A stretch of 63,069 nucleotides of DNA, filler included, from Reticulomyxa filosa (Eukaryota > Protista > Foraminifera): NCBI GenBank assembly GCA_000512085.1. It is 16 parts of 16 records of this genome, joined end to end, with 100 filler letters (N's around TTAATTAATTAA, not from the genome) between each part and the next. Parts side by side here need not be neighbours in the genome. Positions count along the whole stretch, not along the records: positions 1 to 4,155 come from ASPP01023811.1; positions 4,256 to 12,765 come from ASPP01012539.1; 14 more parts are not named here. One strand, given 5' to 3'. Of this stretch, positions 1 to 11,217 are shown in pieces (positions within the stretch are counted from its first letter, which is position 1; each line of letters starts with the position of its first letter). The notes under the pieces were generated by a model. That model was not told the origin of the DNA. It was given only the letters and a program-made list of their open reading frames with translations, and searched no databases. Made by a program: the position numbers and the translations under genes.

Positions 1-110
1 ACACAATATATGCTGTTATACAATAGCAATGCAGTTCGTAAATGTATCCCGTCCGTTAAAAAAAATTTACACAAAAAAAGCTTGGTGTGAAATAAAGCTC
101 AGTGAAAGAT

Positions 111-2101
111 ATGAGTGGAGCGGAGGACGAGAAAACTCCAAAAGAACCAAAAATTACAGTACTTCCAGTTTCTTTTGAACAATCGTGCTTTGATAAAAAT
201 TGGATCTTGCAATTGAATAAACAAGAACAATTTGAAAACTTTATTTGTTTGATTTGCAAACAAGTTGCCAATTATCCTATCGAAATTGATTGCCCACAAC
301 ATAAAAGTATTAATGAGTCACCAATTGTTGGTGAAAATTGCTTGAAACAATTTTTGAAAGTAAATCCGAATTCATGTCCTATTCTACCTCATGACAATTG
401 TATTTATTATCGGAGTGTTGTGATACAACGATGTAATGATGCCTTGAAGGTGATATGTCCACTACAATTTCAACAAGGGGGTGAAAGTATTACATGTGGT
501 TTTAAAGGAAAAATTAAAGAATTAAATGATCATTTGAGCAATGTCTGTCCATTGAACATGTCAGATTGTTGGTATAAGCCATTTGGATGTGAACACAGTT
601 GTCACAAACACAAACTAAGTGATCATTTGTCTTTAGAATGCAAGTTTCATTTTGATTTGGTTGTGAAATTCATTGAAACATTGCAAGCTAAGTTTATATA
701 TATGTATATACATACATATATAAAATATTGGAATGAAATAACATAAAACATCAACAAAAAAAAAAAAAATAGAAAGAGATAAAACAATTGAAATTACAAA
801 TTCAATTGAATGAAAAAAAGAATGAAACTAATGCAACGTTGATAAATGAAAATATTGTATCGAAGAAAGAAATTGAACAACCTCAACAAGATAATGAAAT
901 TAAAAAAATTCAAAGGGAATTACACAAACTTCGTGCTGATATTGAGAGTATGAAAAAAGAAACAAATTCTAATGGATTCATCAAATCATTACAAGAAAAG
1001 AATGATACTTTTTCTTTTGATTTATTTTGTTCATCATCCAAATTATTTAGGACATTCAGTGGACACACTAGTGTTGTATGGAGTGTGGATTACTCAATAT
1101 TCGATGATGGTCAATATCTTTGCTCTGGATCACATGACGGTACAGTTTGTGTATGGGACGTAGAGACAACCAAGCAAATTCGATCATTCAAAGGACATAC
1201 ATCTCATGTGTATTGTGCAAAATTTGCACCATATTATCAACATTACCATGGAATAAATAATCGTCGTCCCGTTATTTGTTCTTCATCACATGATAAAACT
1301 ATTCGTTTTTGGGATTTCGAAACGTGCAAAGAATTTCAAATATTGAATGGACACACTGAATGGGTTGCTGGAATTGCATTTTCGCCATTCAATAATGGTA
1401 AATATTTGTGCTCTGGATCACATGACAAGACAATTCGTTTATGGGATGTTGAAGCATCCAAATCATTACATGTTTTCAATGGACATACAAATTGTGTTTG
1501 GCATGTGGAATTTTCACCATTGCAAAATAATAACAACAGTAATAACGAAAATAATAATGCTGGTGTGATTGGTGGTAATGGTTATTTCATTTGTTCTGGA
1601 TCGTATGATAATACCATTCGTTTGTGGGATGTTGAAACAACCAAAGAATTGACTGTTTTCAAAGGACATGAAGGTTGTGTGAGGAGTGTAAAATATTTAC
1701 AATATGAAATAAATACAATATGTTCTGGATCACATGATAAAAGTATTCGTTTATGGGATATTCGATCAAACAAAGAAATATATGTATTTAAGGGGCACAC
1801 ACATTGTGTATATGCTATTGAATGCTCACCATTTGTGAGAAGTAACAATAATAATACAATTATTAATTCAAACATAATATGTTCTGCATCACATGATAAT
1901 ACAATTCGTTTTTGGGACATTCGAACAAATAAACAATTACATGTAATAAAAGGAAATGAAAATGAGGAAGGTGGAATATCTTCGATTACATTTTCACCAT
2001 TGAAAAATAAAGTAAAAGCAAGCAAAAATACTGATGGGCGTGTTTGCAGTATTAATTTGTGTTATGGTTCGTATAAAGGTCCCATTTGTATTTGGGGATA
2101 A
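111..2101 (+). CDS. RING-like / TRAF-type Zn-finger / coiled-coil / 7x WD40 protein (TRAF7-like architecture), 2 exons (111-686, 773-2101)
   Basis: N-terminal CLIC..CPQH..GENC..CP RING-like motif, then TRAF Zn-finger motifs (CP..CGFKG..DHL..VCP; CWYKPFGC..DHL..C..H), a coiled coil and seven GH...WD blades. The two ORFs join in phase 0 across 687-772 (ETLQ|KEIKQLK). Confidence 0.88.
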
Positions 2102-2469
2102 CCTTAGTCTAGGATTGTTATAAATTCAATTCAATTCATTGATTCTTTTCCATTTTATGCAGGTCAGTTGAAGCGGATAAAAACATGAATACAGTAAAAA
2201 AAAATTTTTAAAAGAGTCTTGAAGAATTTGTTTTGGAATATGATCAAATGTGTATTCTACATTGTTGCATATGCATTTGATTTATACTTTGTTTATTTTT
2301 TTTCAATTAGAATATTTTTTGAAATAAAGCAAAATTTGCACCTTTTTTTTTCAAAAAGAATCAAAATATTTCTTATTGTTGGAAAGTACACTAACCCCCA
2401 AAATGAATCAGACTTTTTTGTGAATCATACACATATTAACCTTACAATCACAATTGCCATGCCTTTTTT

Positions 2470-2745
2470 GTTCGTTTTTAATGGTATATTGTTGCATGCT
2501 TGCAAGATAATACAATACGATTATGGGTGTCATTCTAGAATAGAAATAAAACAATTATTAGTATATGCAAAACATTTATTAAGTACACGATTTTTATCAG
2601 ATGGTAAATTATTGCATCATGTTCTCTGGATAATACAATTTAAATATGAAATATTGATAGTATAAAATCTTGAAAGAATATTCAAACCATGCGAATAATA
2701 TAAAACATTTTTCAGATGGTCGAACGATTGTATTGTGTTCGAATA
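2470..2745 (+). pseudogene. Decayed WD40 repeat remnant (about 3 blades)
   Basis: Frameshifted or stop-containing pieces read QDNTIRLW (~2503-2526), FLSDGK-IASCSLDNTI (~2591-2640) and FSDGRTIVLCS (~2708-2740). Not in the ORF track. Confidence 0.7.
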
Positions 2746-2924
2746 CATTTTTTAAATTGTGACCTTGTAAACAAAATAAGCATTATTATTTACTTTGATT
2801 TGAAACATTTTTTCAAGTTCACCGAAAAGTAAACAGAGAAAGCCGTTGTTAATCTTGAAAGAAAAAGTTCAGTCATTTTTTCATCTTGCATCATCTAAGA
2901 CAAACTTAAAAAAGAAAATTAAAA

Positions 2925-4155
2925 ATGACCACTCATCGCAATGAAAAACAAATTTCAACTAAATCAGCATTGGTAAATAGAAAGTTGCTAGTTTTTAATT
3001 TTTTTATTATAATATTTGTTGTGTGGCTTGTGGTTGGGACAGTTAGAAGAAGAAATCCAAATAATCATTCAACATTGGATCAGAATATTACATATTAAAT
3101 TTGGATGGGTCTATGATCTTGATAAACTTATTGTCAACTATGTATGTTTTTTTTGTTGATTGTTTTTCATTCAATAGCAAATATTTATTCGTTAATATTA
3201 TGTATAATTACAATTTAACATAGTCAGGTATATTATTTATGCTTGATACGTTCCTTTCATCATCCAAATTACTCAATACGTTCAATGGACATACTCGTAT
3301 GGTGTGGAGTATTGATTATTCAACATTTGGTGATGACCAATTCATTTGTTCTGGATCAGGTGATAATACAGTTCGTGTATGGGATGTAAATACCAATCAA
3401 CAAATTCAATCATTCGATGGACATTCAAAGGCTGTAGGCTGTGTGAAATTTTCACAGTATCATCACCATTATCATCGTCGTAATGCCATTTGTTCTTCAT
3501 CAGATGACAATACAATTCGTTTTTGGGATATTAAAAATAATCAACAATTGAAAATATTCAATGAACATACGCTTTGGGTCAATAGTATTGTGTTTTCACC
3601 ATTTAATGGTGGTAGATATTTGTGTTCTGGATCTGGTGACAAAACTATTCGTTTATGGGATGTTGAAACATCCAAATCATTACATGTTTTTTATGGGCAT
3701 ACAAAAGAAGTTTGGTGTGTGGATATTTCACCATTGCAAAGCAATAACAATAATGTTGATAATAAAAGTAATAATATTGGTGTGATTGGTGGAAATGGAT
3801 ATACAGTTTGTTCTGGATCAATTGATACAACTATCCGTATGTGGGATATTGAAACGACTAAACAATTGAGTGTATTCAATGGACATATAGGAAATGTGAG
3901 AAGTATAAAATATGGATCAAATGAACTAGGAAATAATGGTGCAAATACAATATTGTCTGGATCATATGATAAAAGTGTTCGTTTGTGGGATATTCGATCT
4001 GGTCGACAAATTCAATTGTTTGATACACATGAACAATTGGTTAGTGCTGTTGAATATTCACCATTTATTATAGAGAATTGTGAAGCTGGTAGTAGTTCAA
4101 ATGTAATATGTTCTGCGTCGTTGGATAATACAATTCGTTTTTGGGATATCCGATC
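2925..4155 (+). CDS. WD40 repeat protein with a short helical N-terminal module; 3 exons, 3' truncated by the contig end
   Basis: Exon 1 MTTHRNEKQISTKSAL, exon 2 LEEEIQIIIQHWIRILHIKFGWVYDLDKLIVNY, exon 3 SGILFMLDTFLSSSKLL followed by six WD40 blades collinear with the upstream gene. Introns are GT-AG. Confidence 0.88.
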
Positions 4156-4255
4156 NNNNNNNNNNNNNNNNNNNNNNNNNNNNNNNNNNNNNNNNNNNNT
4201 TAATTAATTAANNNNNNNNNNNNNNNNNNNNNNNNNNNNNNNNNNNNNNNNNNNN
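4156..4255. other. Artificial contig linker N44-TTAATTAATTAA-N44 (first of 15)
   Basis: Identical 100-bp spacers with an all-frame stop core also occur at 12766-12865, 14677-14776, 15865-15964, 19084-19183, 21169-21268, 22392-22491, 27388-27487, 29129-29228, 37334-37433, 39318-39417, 45926-46025, 47036-47135, 60620-60719 and 61936-62035. Confidence 0.98.
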
Positions 4256-4302
4256 AAAAAAAAAAAGAGGAGGGAAGGTGGGGAGAGAAATACTGTTTTT
4301 GT

Positions 4303-6438
4303 GTGACGTACATGTGGGCAAAGGTGTCACTATGGATGTACACATTGGGCGCAATATCGGCAGCGGTGATTATTACAGGCATTATATATCGTCAGTTTAA
4401 TCATATGGAAGCAGACTTGAAGCGCAGCTTGGAATCGTATCGATCCTGGGTTATGATGGACACCAAAGAGGAACCTAAAAAGTCCACTGGACAGTCTGCT
4501 GTAGGAATGGCTGTTGCTAAACTTGCTGGTTTTTTTTTTTTATTATTAAAAAATGCATGAGCAAAAAAAAAAAAAAAAAATTCCCCCCCCCCCCCCTTTC
4601 CCCTCCCCTTTATCACGACCCTTTTTTTTTTTTTCCGTCTCTCTTTGTAACACAGTCCCCCAAAGCGTGGTAATGCTAGCAGAGGTATTGGAAGAAAACG
4701 AACAGAAAACAAAAGGAAACAATGAAGAAGAAGAAGAAAAAGAAAAAACGAAAAAAATAGTGAAGATGGAAGAAGAACGGAAAGAGAAAGAGAGACAACA
4801 AGCACAGTTGTCATCGTCACAGGAGCGATCGAAAATGTTCGTCAAAGAGGAAATGTGGTATCGTCTATTCCCTTTCATGGATATAATGATGACTTTCTTT
4901 TCGGCACTGTCGTGTCGAGACAGTATCAACATCACCCTGCTATCACTGGGAGTAAAGCCCGATTCAAGTATTGGGGTTGGAATTCAGTGGATCTATGCCA
5001 TTTGCACGTTTTCGTTTGGTTCGTGTAAATTTTTTTGACGCGTGAAATAAAAAAAAATAAAAGGGGGGGAGAGGTCGGGGGGGGGGGGTCAAATTCTGCA
5101 CTCAAATTTTATACTCACAAAAAAAAAAAAAAAAAAAGGGTTAGACCGTGGCGATAATGGTCGTTTGGCGAGTTCAAAAATATACACACCGAATACGCTT
5201 GCTACGTAGAAGATGCGTGCGATTGGAATACTTGTACCGCATGCAAGAACACCGAAAGGAATACCGGAAGTTGACGTCGAGCAATTTGCGAAGTCAGTAT
5301 ATGAACGATGGACAGCCCATGGCAGAGCACGAAGCAGAAAAAGAGTCGGAGGAGTCGGGGGAAGACAATGGTCAGTCGCCACGATTATTGGAAGAAGAGG
5401 AAGAGGAAGACGAAGAAGAAGAAGAAGAAGAAGAACAAGAACAAGAACAAGAACAAGAGGAAAAAAAAGCGGAAAATGTTGAAAAGAAAACGAAAAAACG
5501 AACAAGCATGGAAGCGCAAATGCAAACACAAATTGAAATGCAAATACAACCCACCAGAACAGAAACAAAAGCAGAAGCCGAAGTAGAAATAGACACGGAA
5601 AAAGCTACCTCACAACCCGAAAACGTGGTAGATATGGCTTTGATACCAAAGACGAACGGACATGAAGACGACATGTTTACGCCGGCCATGCAAGTGAAAA
5701 TGGACGATGGAGTAATGCGACCCACATGGAGCGACAGCCCAAGAGCACAACGGTCATTGCCGATGCGACAGCAGAGTGTCAATGTCAATGATTGGTACAA
5801 CCATTTCAAATACGAATCCGAACCCGATTTGATGGTAAAGTTCACTGCCAATGACTTGTTCCAAGAGCCCGCCATGGAGTCCACCCCGGCCGCCGATGCA
5901 ACCGCACAAACAGAAGAGCAAGAAACGAACAAATTGAAAGAGCCAGCCAAAAGTGATGTCGCCCATAGTTCATTGCTGTCCATCAAAAAACCAAAGAAAC
6001 AAAAAGAAATTGACAATGAAAAATTGATGAAAGAAATTCATCGCATTGAAAACAGAATTATTGCGTTGAAACTTAAAGTATGCTTATTTTTTTGTTTGAA
6101 TTAATAAAAATCATTTTTTTTTTTTTTTTTTTTTAAAAATATATTTTTTGAAATGTGCAAATAGAAACACGGATTTTCGATCTTAGTAGCAGCGTTGTCG
6201 TTTATCTGTGGGCTGTCATTGTATGACGCAGCAAACGAATCATTCCACCGTGCATTGCCGAATAGCTTGGTTGGCCGCGAAGTTGGACTGCTGATTTTTG
6301 GATTGATAACCTCGACCTTGGCGGTGACGTGCATTTTATATTTGGATAAAATGACCACCGGATTTGTGTCATTTTTGAAAAAAATAACGAAATTGGAAAA
6401 GAGCAAACCATCCGAGGAAGAGAAGAACAATGGTAATG

Positions 6439-6469
<31 letters not shown>

Positions 6470-6875
6470 CAAAGACAAAGAAAATGATGACATGGAGGAG
6501 GCATTTGGTAATGAAATGAGAAATAGAAGTTGGATATCCACAGCCTTACCTGTTTGCCGTTGTTGTTCTCGCTTTTATCGTATTCAATATGAAGAAAGTA
6601 TCATGGCGTCTTGGTCTCGTAGACAATTGAAAAAAAAACGCCGTGAACAAATCCAAAATATTGAACTCACATTGTTATTCGGAAGATACATTACCAATGT
6701 CATTTCGTTGATCACTGCCATCAGCTATGTGGCATTCGTCGAATCGTTATTCAAACTCATCTTCACCTCAAATGGAGAGGTATGGTCTTCCTGGATCTTT
6801 TTTGCTTTACATTTGGGTATTGCTATAACAGTCTCCACGACTTTGGCAAAATTTGAACCAAAAAAGAAAAAGTGA
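4303..6875 (+). CDS. Multi-pass membrane protein with repeated hydrophobic hairpin units and long acidic loops; multi-exon, 5' truncated
   Basis: ORFs 4303-4560, 4553-5038, 5148-6104 and 6195-6875 are separated by GT-AG homopolymer-rich introns. They contain repeated TM pairs with poly-E and poly-N linkers. Confidence 0.7.
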
Positions 6876-8556
6876 AACACTGATATTTTCAATAGAAAGT
6901 TCTTTTTTTTTTTCCCCCTACCCTTCCAACTTTTTTTTTACTTTTATTCTGCAAAAGTTGTAGTTTTGTTGGTTTGTGGGGCTGCAACGTTGCCAATATT
7001 GCAAAAAGTGATAGGACGTGAACTGGTATATGTAAATACTTGTGCGGATGTTTTTGTTTGAGATGTTTGTACGTGCGTGCATTGGCGTGTTTGTTTGTGC
7101 CATTGCAAATGTTTGGAGTGCGTTATGAATTTTTTGGCGTGTTCTTTTGTGTGCCTTTCCTGTCATTCTTTGTCTTTTTTTCTTTCCCAAGCGTCTTAGG
7201 GCAGTCTTGTTAATTCGTGCATCATGAGGCCAAATGCTTTTATAATCAATCGTACCGCTGACATGAGATTCATTGCTGAAATATTCACAAACACTAATTT
7301 GTGTCACACTTGCCAATCTCCAAATTTCTATATAATCTTCCATGGGCATTTAGAACATTTTACTATAATGTATGATATGCTCATACAAACATTAACGTAA
7401 AATTTTTATCAATGATGAGAAAATACACAAAGAAGCAATAGCATGAAATACAAAAGTAGACGACAAATTGCTGAATCATTTTATTTCATTGTGCTGGAAG
7501 GAACATAAATGGAACAACTGCATTTTAAAGAAAGAAAGAAGCGTTGCTGAAATTACAATATCAACTCATTATGCTCCTTTCGGCTCTGAATTCTATAAAT
7601 TAGAAAATGATTGGCAAGTAGATGGCAATGTGTAGTCTTTTTATAATTAAGCTGTTCAAACTAAATAAAAAATAAAAACAACATACCATAATCGCGACAA
7701 AGTTAAATGAGCTGTTAAGAGATAAGTGAGAGATATACATTATATATCAATGGACAAGAACATTAAAAACAGTACATGGAACAATGTACATGATATACGG
7801 CGTCTCTAAAATACATTATGCACATAAAGTCCGAAAATACAACATATACAGAAACGATATCAAATGGATCAATATACGAAGCAAGTAAAAATTATTGTTT
7901 CTTGAAACGTTATATCTAACATTGAATATAATTTGTACTTTTATTTTCTCAAATTTTAAAAAGTTAAAAGTTGATATTGTTTTGGCTGTGTCATTATAAA
8001 TAGATTATGCTGATATCACATTACATGTCGTATTATTAGATGTTGACATATTTACATTATAATTTGGAGTATTTGTTTGTATTTTTAAACTTTTGCTGAC
8101 ATTTATTATGTTTATTTAAATTAAATTTGTGTTTTTCATTTGTTTTTATGCTCTTTGTCTGTTAGTACAATACGTATAAACATGATTTGCAAGTCTAGTG
8201 TTTCGTTTCGTTCGAAAAAATGTAGTAAGCAAGTTATCTAGACTAACTTAAAAAAGAAATGAAAATGCGATAACGAAATAACTCGACTTTGCTAATTTTT
8301 GGCATATTCATTATGTTATCGAGTTTGATTATCATTTTGATTGTTTACCGAATATTGAAATTAACCGTTTTTCAATCAAATTTCAAAATAATTTTTTAGT
8401 TGCGCTTGTTCTTAAATGAATACTTTCACTTGTGAAATATTGTATCGATATTTGTTAAATTAAAGAAAGTGATTCTTACACAACAATCATAAGGCATGCG
8501 TCTGCGTTTACTGCAGGAACTCTTTTCAATTTTTTTAAGAGGCAGGATTATTGAAG

Positions 8557-10033
8557 ATGATGCAATCTAATAAAAACCTATGGCGAAAATGGTTTGAACT
8601 AAATGTGTACGAAAAATTGTCTTTGCTCCTTGAGAGCTGGAGCCGTGTTCTTCAGCATTCAGTGTTTCGCAGACCCATTTCAGTTCCTCCAGAACTAATG
8701 CAGGTTATAGCGCACTTTTATGGAAGCCTTTCATTTGGAAAAAATACGGTGTTTGTGATTGGAGAAATACCATCAGAAGAAAGTAGGAACAAAGTGGGAA
8801 GGCGCTTAGAAAACCAGTGTTTAATGGCATTAACATTGATGCCAGACATTTCCTTGGGTAAGGGCGAAGTAAGATCAGCAACAGTGCATAACATCGTTAT
8901 CCCGTCAATTTTTAAAGAGCAAGCAACGTCTTATCTGGACGTAAGGAATGGATACCGAGACTACGCAATAGCCTCGTCTATTCCCGCAGAGACACTGCGG
9001 AAATGGCAATTTGACGAAAAACAGCAACAAATTTTTCTGAGGAATAATACGTATACTGTCCTATTTGGAACTTCGAAAAATAACGGATTGATATTGGACT
9101 TGAGCAAGTTAAAAAAAAAAAAAAAGGGGGAGAGGGAAAGGATCTTGAGAAAAAGAGAGGAGAGAAAAAATGACAATATTTATTATAGTGACGAATCTCT
9201 TTTATTGGATGAGCGAAAGACATTAGTAAAATGGAATTACCCGACAATCGGATTGAAGCATCCGGATGTGCTGATTTATGACAAAGTATATGGACTGATA
9301 GCAATGGACGGGACAGCCGGCGACGCAAAGCAATTGGCATGTGCGAGTAAACAGTTCAGATCGTTGCCGACTTTTCTGCACAGTCCCGGGGCGTTTCCAA
9401 GTGCTTTGATAAACAACGACCATTTAGTTGTTTGCGGCGGACGGGGTCTTTACAATAAACGTGTCCAAATACTTTCGTTGAGCAATGATGATCCCACCAA
9501 GAAATGGACACAGTTGCATGATATGAATTTTGGACGCTCTTACTTTGGTTGGTGGCATATTTGTATATTTTCAAATTTTTTTGTTTGGTAGTTTTTTGAA
9601 GTTCATGCAACGCACTTTTTATTATTATTGAAACACTAAAAAAAAAAAAAAAGGACTTGGACATTACAACAATGGCAATAATTTACTCGTGGTGGGGGGG
9701 TATGATCTTCACAATGAAAAAGTGATGAAATGCGTGGAAAGTTATGATTATGTGAAAGACAAATGGGCGCCTTTATCAAACACCAAATATTGCCATTTTC
9801 AGAGATTCAATCGCCCATTAGTGTTCACTTTTGATCAACAGCCTTCCATTGTTTTTTTAATTAGCAGCTGCAGTCAACAAAAGTTCCGAAAGCAGGACAA
9901 TTTCGTTGTCTGCGAAATGTTTGATTTCCGTGATCCACGGAATGAGTGGCAAATTGTCAACGACTCTTTACAAAAAACCTTGTTTTTAACTACTCAACAA
10001 ATGGATTCCATTACCTATAGATTTCTCCGATAA
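8557..10033 (+). CDS. Kelch-repeat protein with an N-terminal F-box-like helical motif
   Basis: Kelch motifs LVVCGG...VQIL...KWTQLHDMNFGRSYFG and LLVVGGY...VESYDYVKDKW..L. Introns lie at about 9108-9188 and 9548-9653. The N-terminus contains VPPELMQVIAHFY. Confidence 0.75.
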
Positions 10034-10458
10034 CTTCGCATTTTGCGATTTGCATACTTTTTTTTGTAACATTGTGGTTAACTTTCCATATATTTTTTGG
10101 AACATTATCTTTATTCTTTCCAACATATTGTCTCAATTGGAGTGAACACACTCTCTTCAATCTAAAAAAGAATAATCTATATCGTTATAATTTTTTGGAG
10201 CCTTAATTCAAACTTTTTTGTAATTTTAATCGCTATTGTTCGTTTTTTTGGTAAAGTAATCTAAAAATGGCAATTTAAACAATTTTTTTCTAACTGTCAT
10301 CAATTTTGTTTATTTTTTGTAGAAATTAAGTTTTGAAAGAAAAATTCTTTTATGAAAGAAATTTTTTGGTATCATTGTGACTTTATTTCTTTTTTTGTCT
10401 TTTTTATGTGCAGTGATTTTGAAATTGTTCCTGCCACACTCGATCGTGGTGCAGTACT

Positions 10459-11217
10459 TTATTCAACTTTTTTAGTAAGTTTGCATGCTTGTGCAATCCA
10501 GTCTAAACCTTCTTTTAGTCCTTGCCCTGTTTTTGCTGAACATGTTTGAATCACCCAGGGATGGGTTGTGATTATGGACAACATCAACTTGTCTTGGATC
10601 TGTTGTGGGTTCATTGCATCGAGTCAGTTGTGTGTACTTGCTTTTTAAGTGGAAGATAAAAAGAAACATCAAACATCTGTTGGTGGTAAAGCAGCTGCCA
10701 AATCCTGTTTGTTTGCGAGCACAAGAAGAGGCACTTTGTCCAGCTTAGAACTTTTCAATAGGGTCAACAACTCTTCTCCAGATTCTTCCATTCTTTTCTT
10801 GTCACAAGAATCGATAACATACATCTGTGTAAAACAATACAGTGAAGTGAAAAAACTAAAGACTTCAATCTGTTTCCAAGCAATGTTAAAGTCCTACCAG
10901 TGCATCAGTTTTATCCAAATAATGAGACCAATACGGTCGAATCGTTTTCTGACCTGTGAAAAAAAGAAAGAAAGCATACTCTGACAAAGTATTTTTTAAA
11001 AATACTGTGCTTACCCCCTAGATCCCGAACGGTGGCCTTTATTCCGGACTGGTGCACGTTTTTGATGTTAAACCCTTGAGTGGGCATTACATGAGCAATC
11101 TGATCATTGGTGAGACACTTTAAAATACATGTTTCCGGCATTGTCAAGGCCTAGAAGGAGAATTTTAACATCTTGTTCAATTTTGTGCTCTTTGCGGAAA
11201 AAATCAAATAATTTCAT
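10459..11217 (-). CDS. ARF-like small GTPase (ARL3/ARL2 family), divergent, with a frameshift in the P-loop as assembled
   Basis: Spliced translation: MKLFDFFRKEHKIEQDVKILLLGLDNAG/TCIL...PTQGFNIK...DLGG|QKTIRPYWSHY...YVIDS..KKRMEESGEEL...LVLANKQDL...IQTCSAKTGQGLKEGLDWI. G1-G5 motifs are recognisable. Confidence 0.85.

Noticed and set aside
2219-2665. 148-aa plus-strand ORF between the WD40 genes
   Set aside because: Low-complexity AT-rich translation; the real signal is a frameshifted WD40 remnant spread over several frames.
1120-4150. DGR-style adenine mutagenesis as the source of WD40 variability
   Set aside because: No template repeat or DGR reverse transcriptase is present in the window, and the NNT codon pattern is explicable by AT-biased third positions.
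5089-6016. Long antisense and alternative-frame ORFs (poly-S, poly-L, poly-R/K)
   Set aside because: Shadows of GAA-rich coding on the plus strand; the same applies to the antisense ORFs over the WD40, USP and MO25 genes.
6918-7349. 143-aa minus-strand ORF downstream of the membrane protein gene
   Set aside because: No recognisable motif or splice support; may be chance or a relic.
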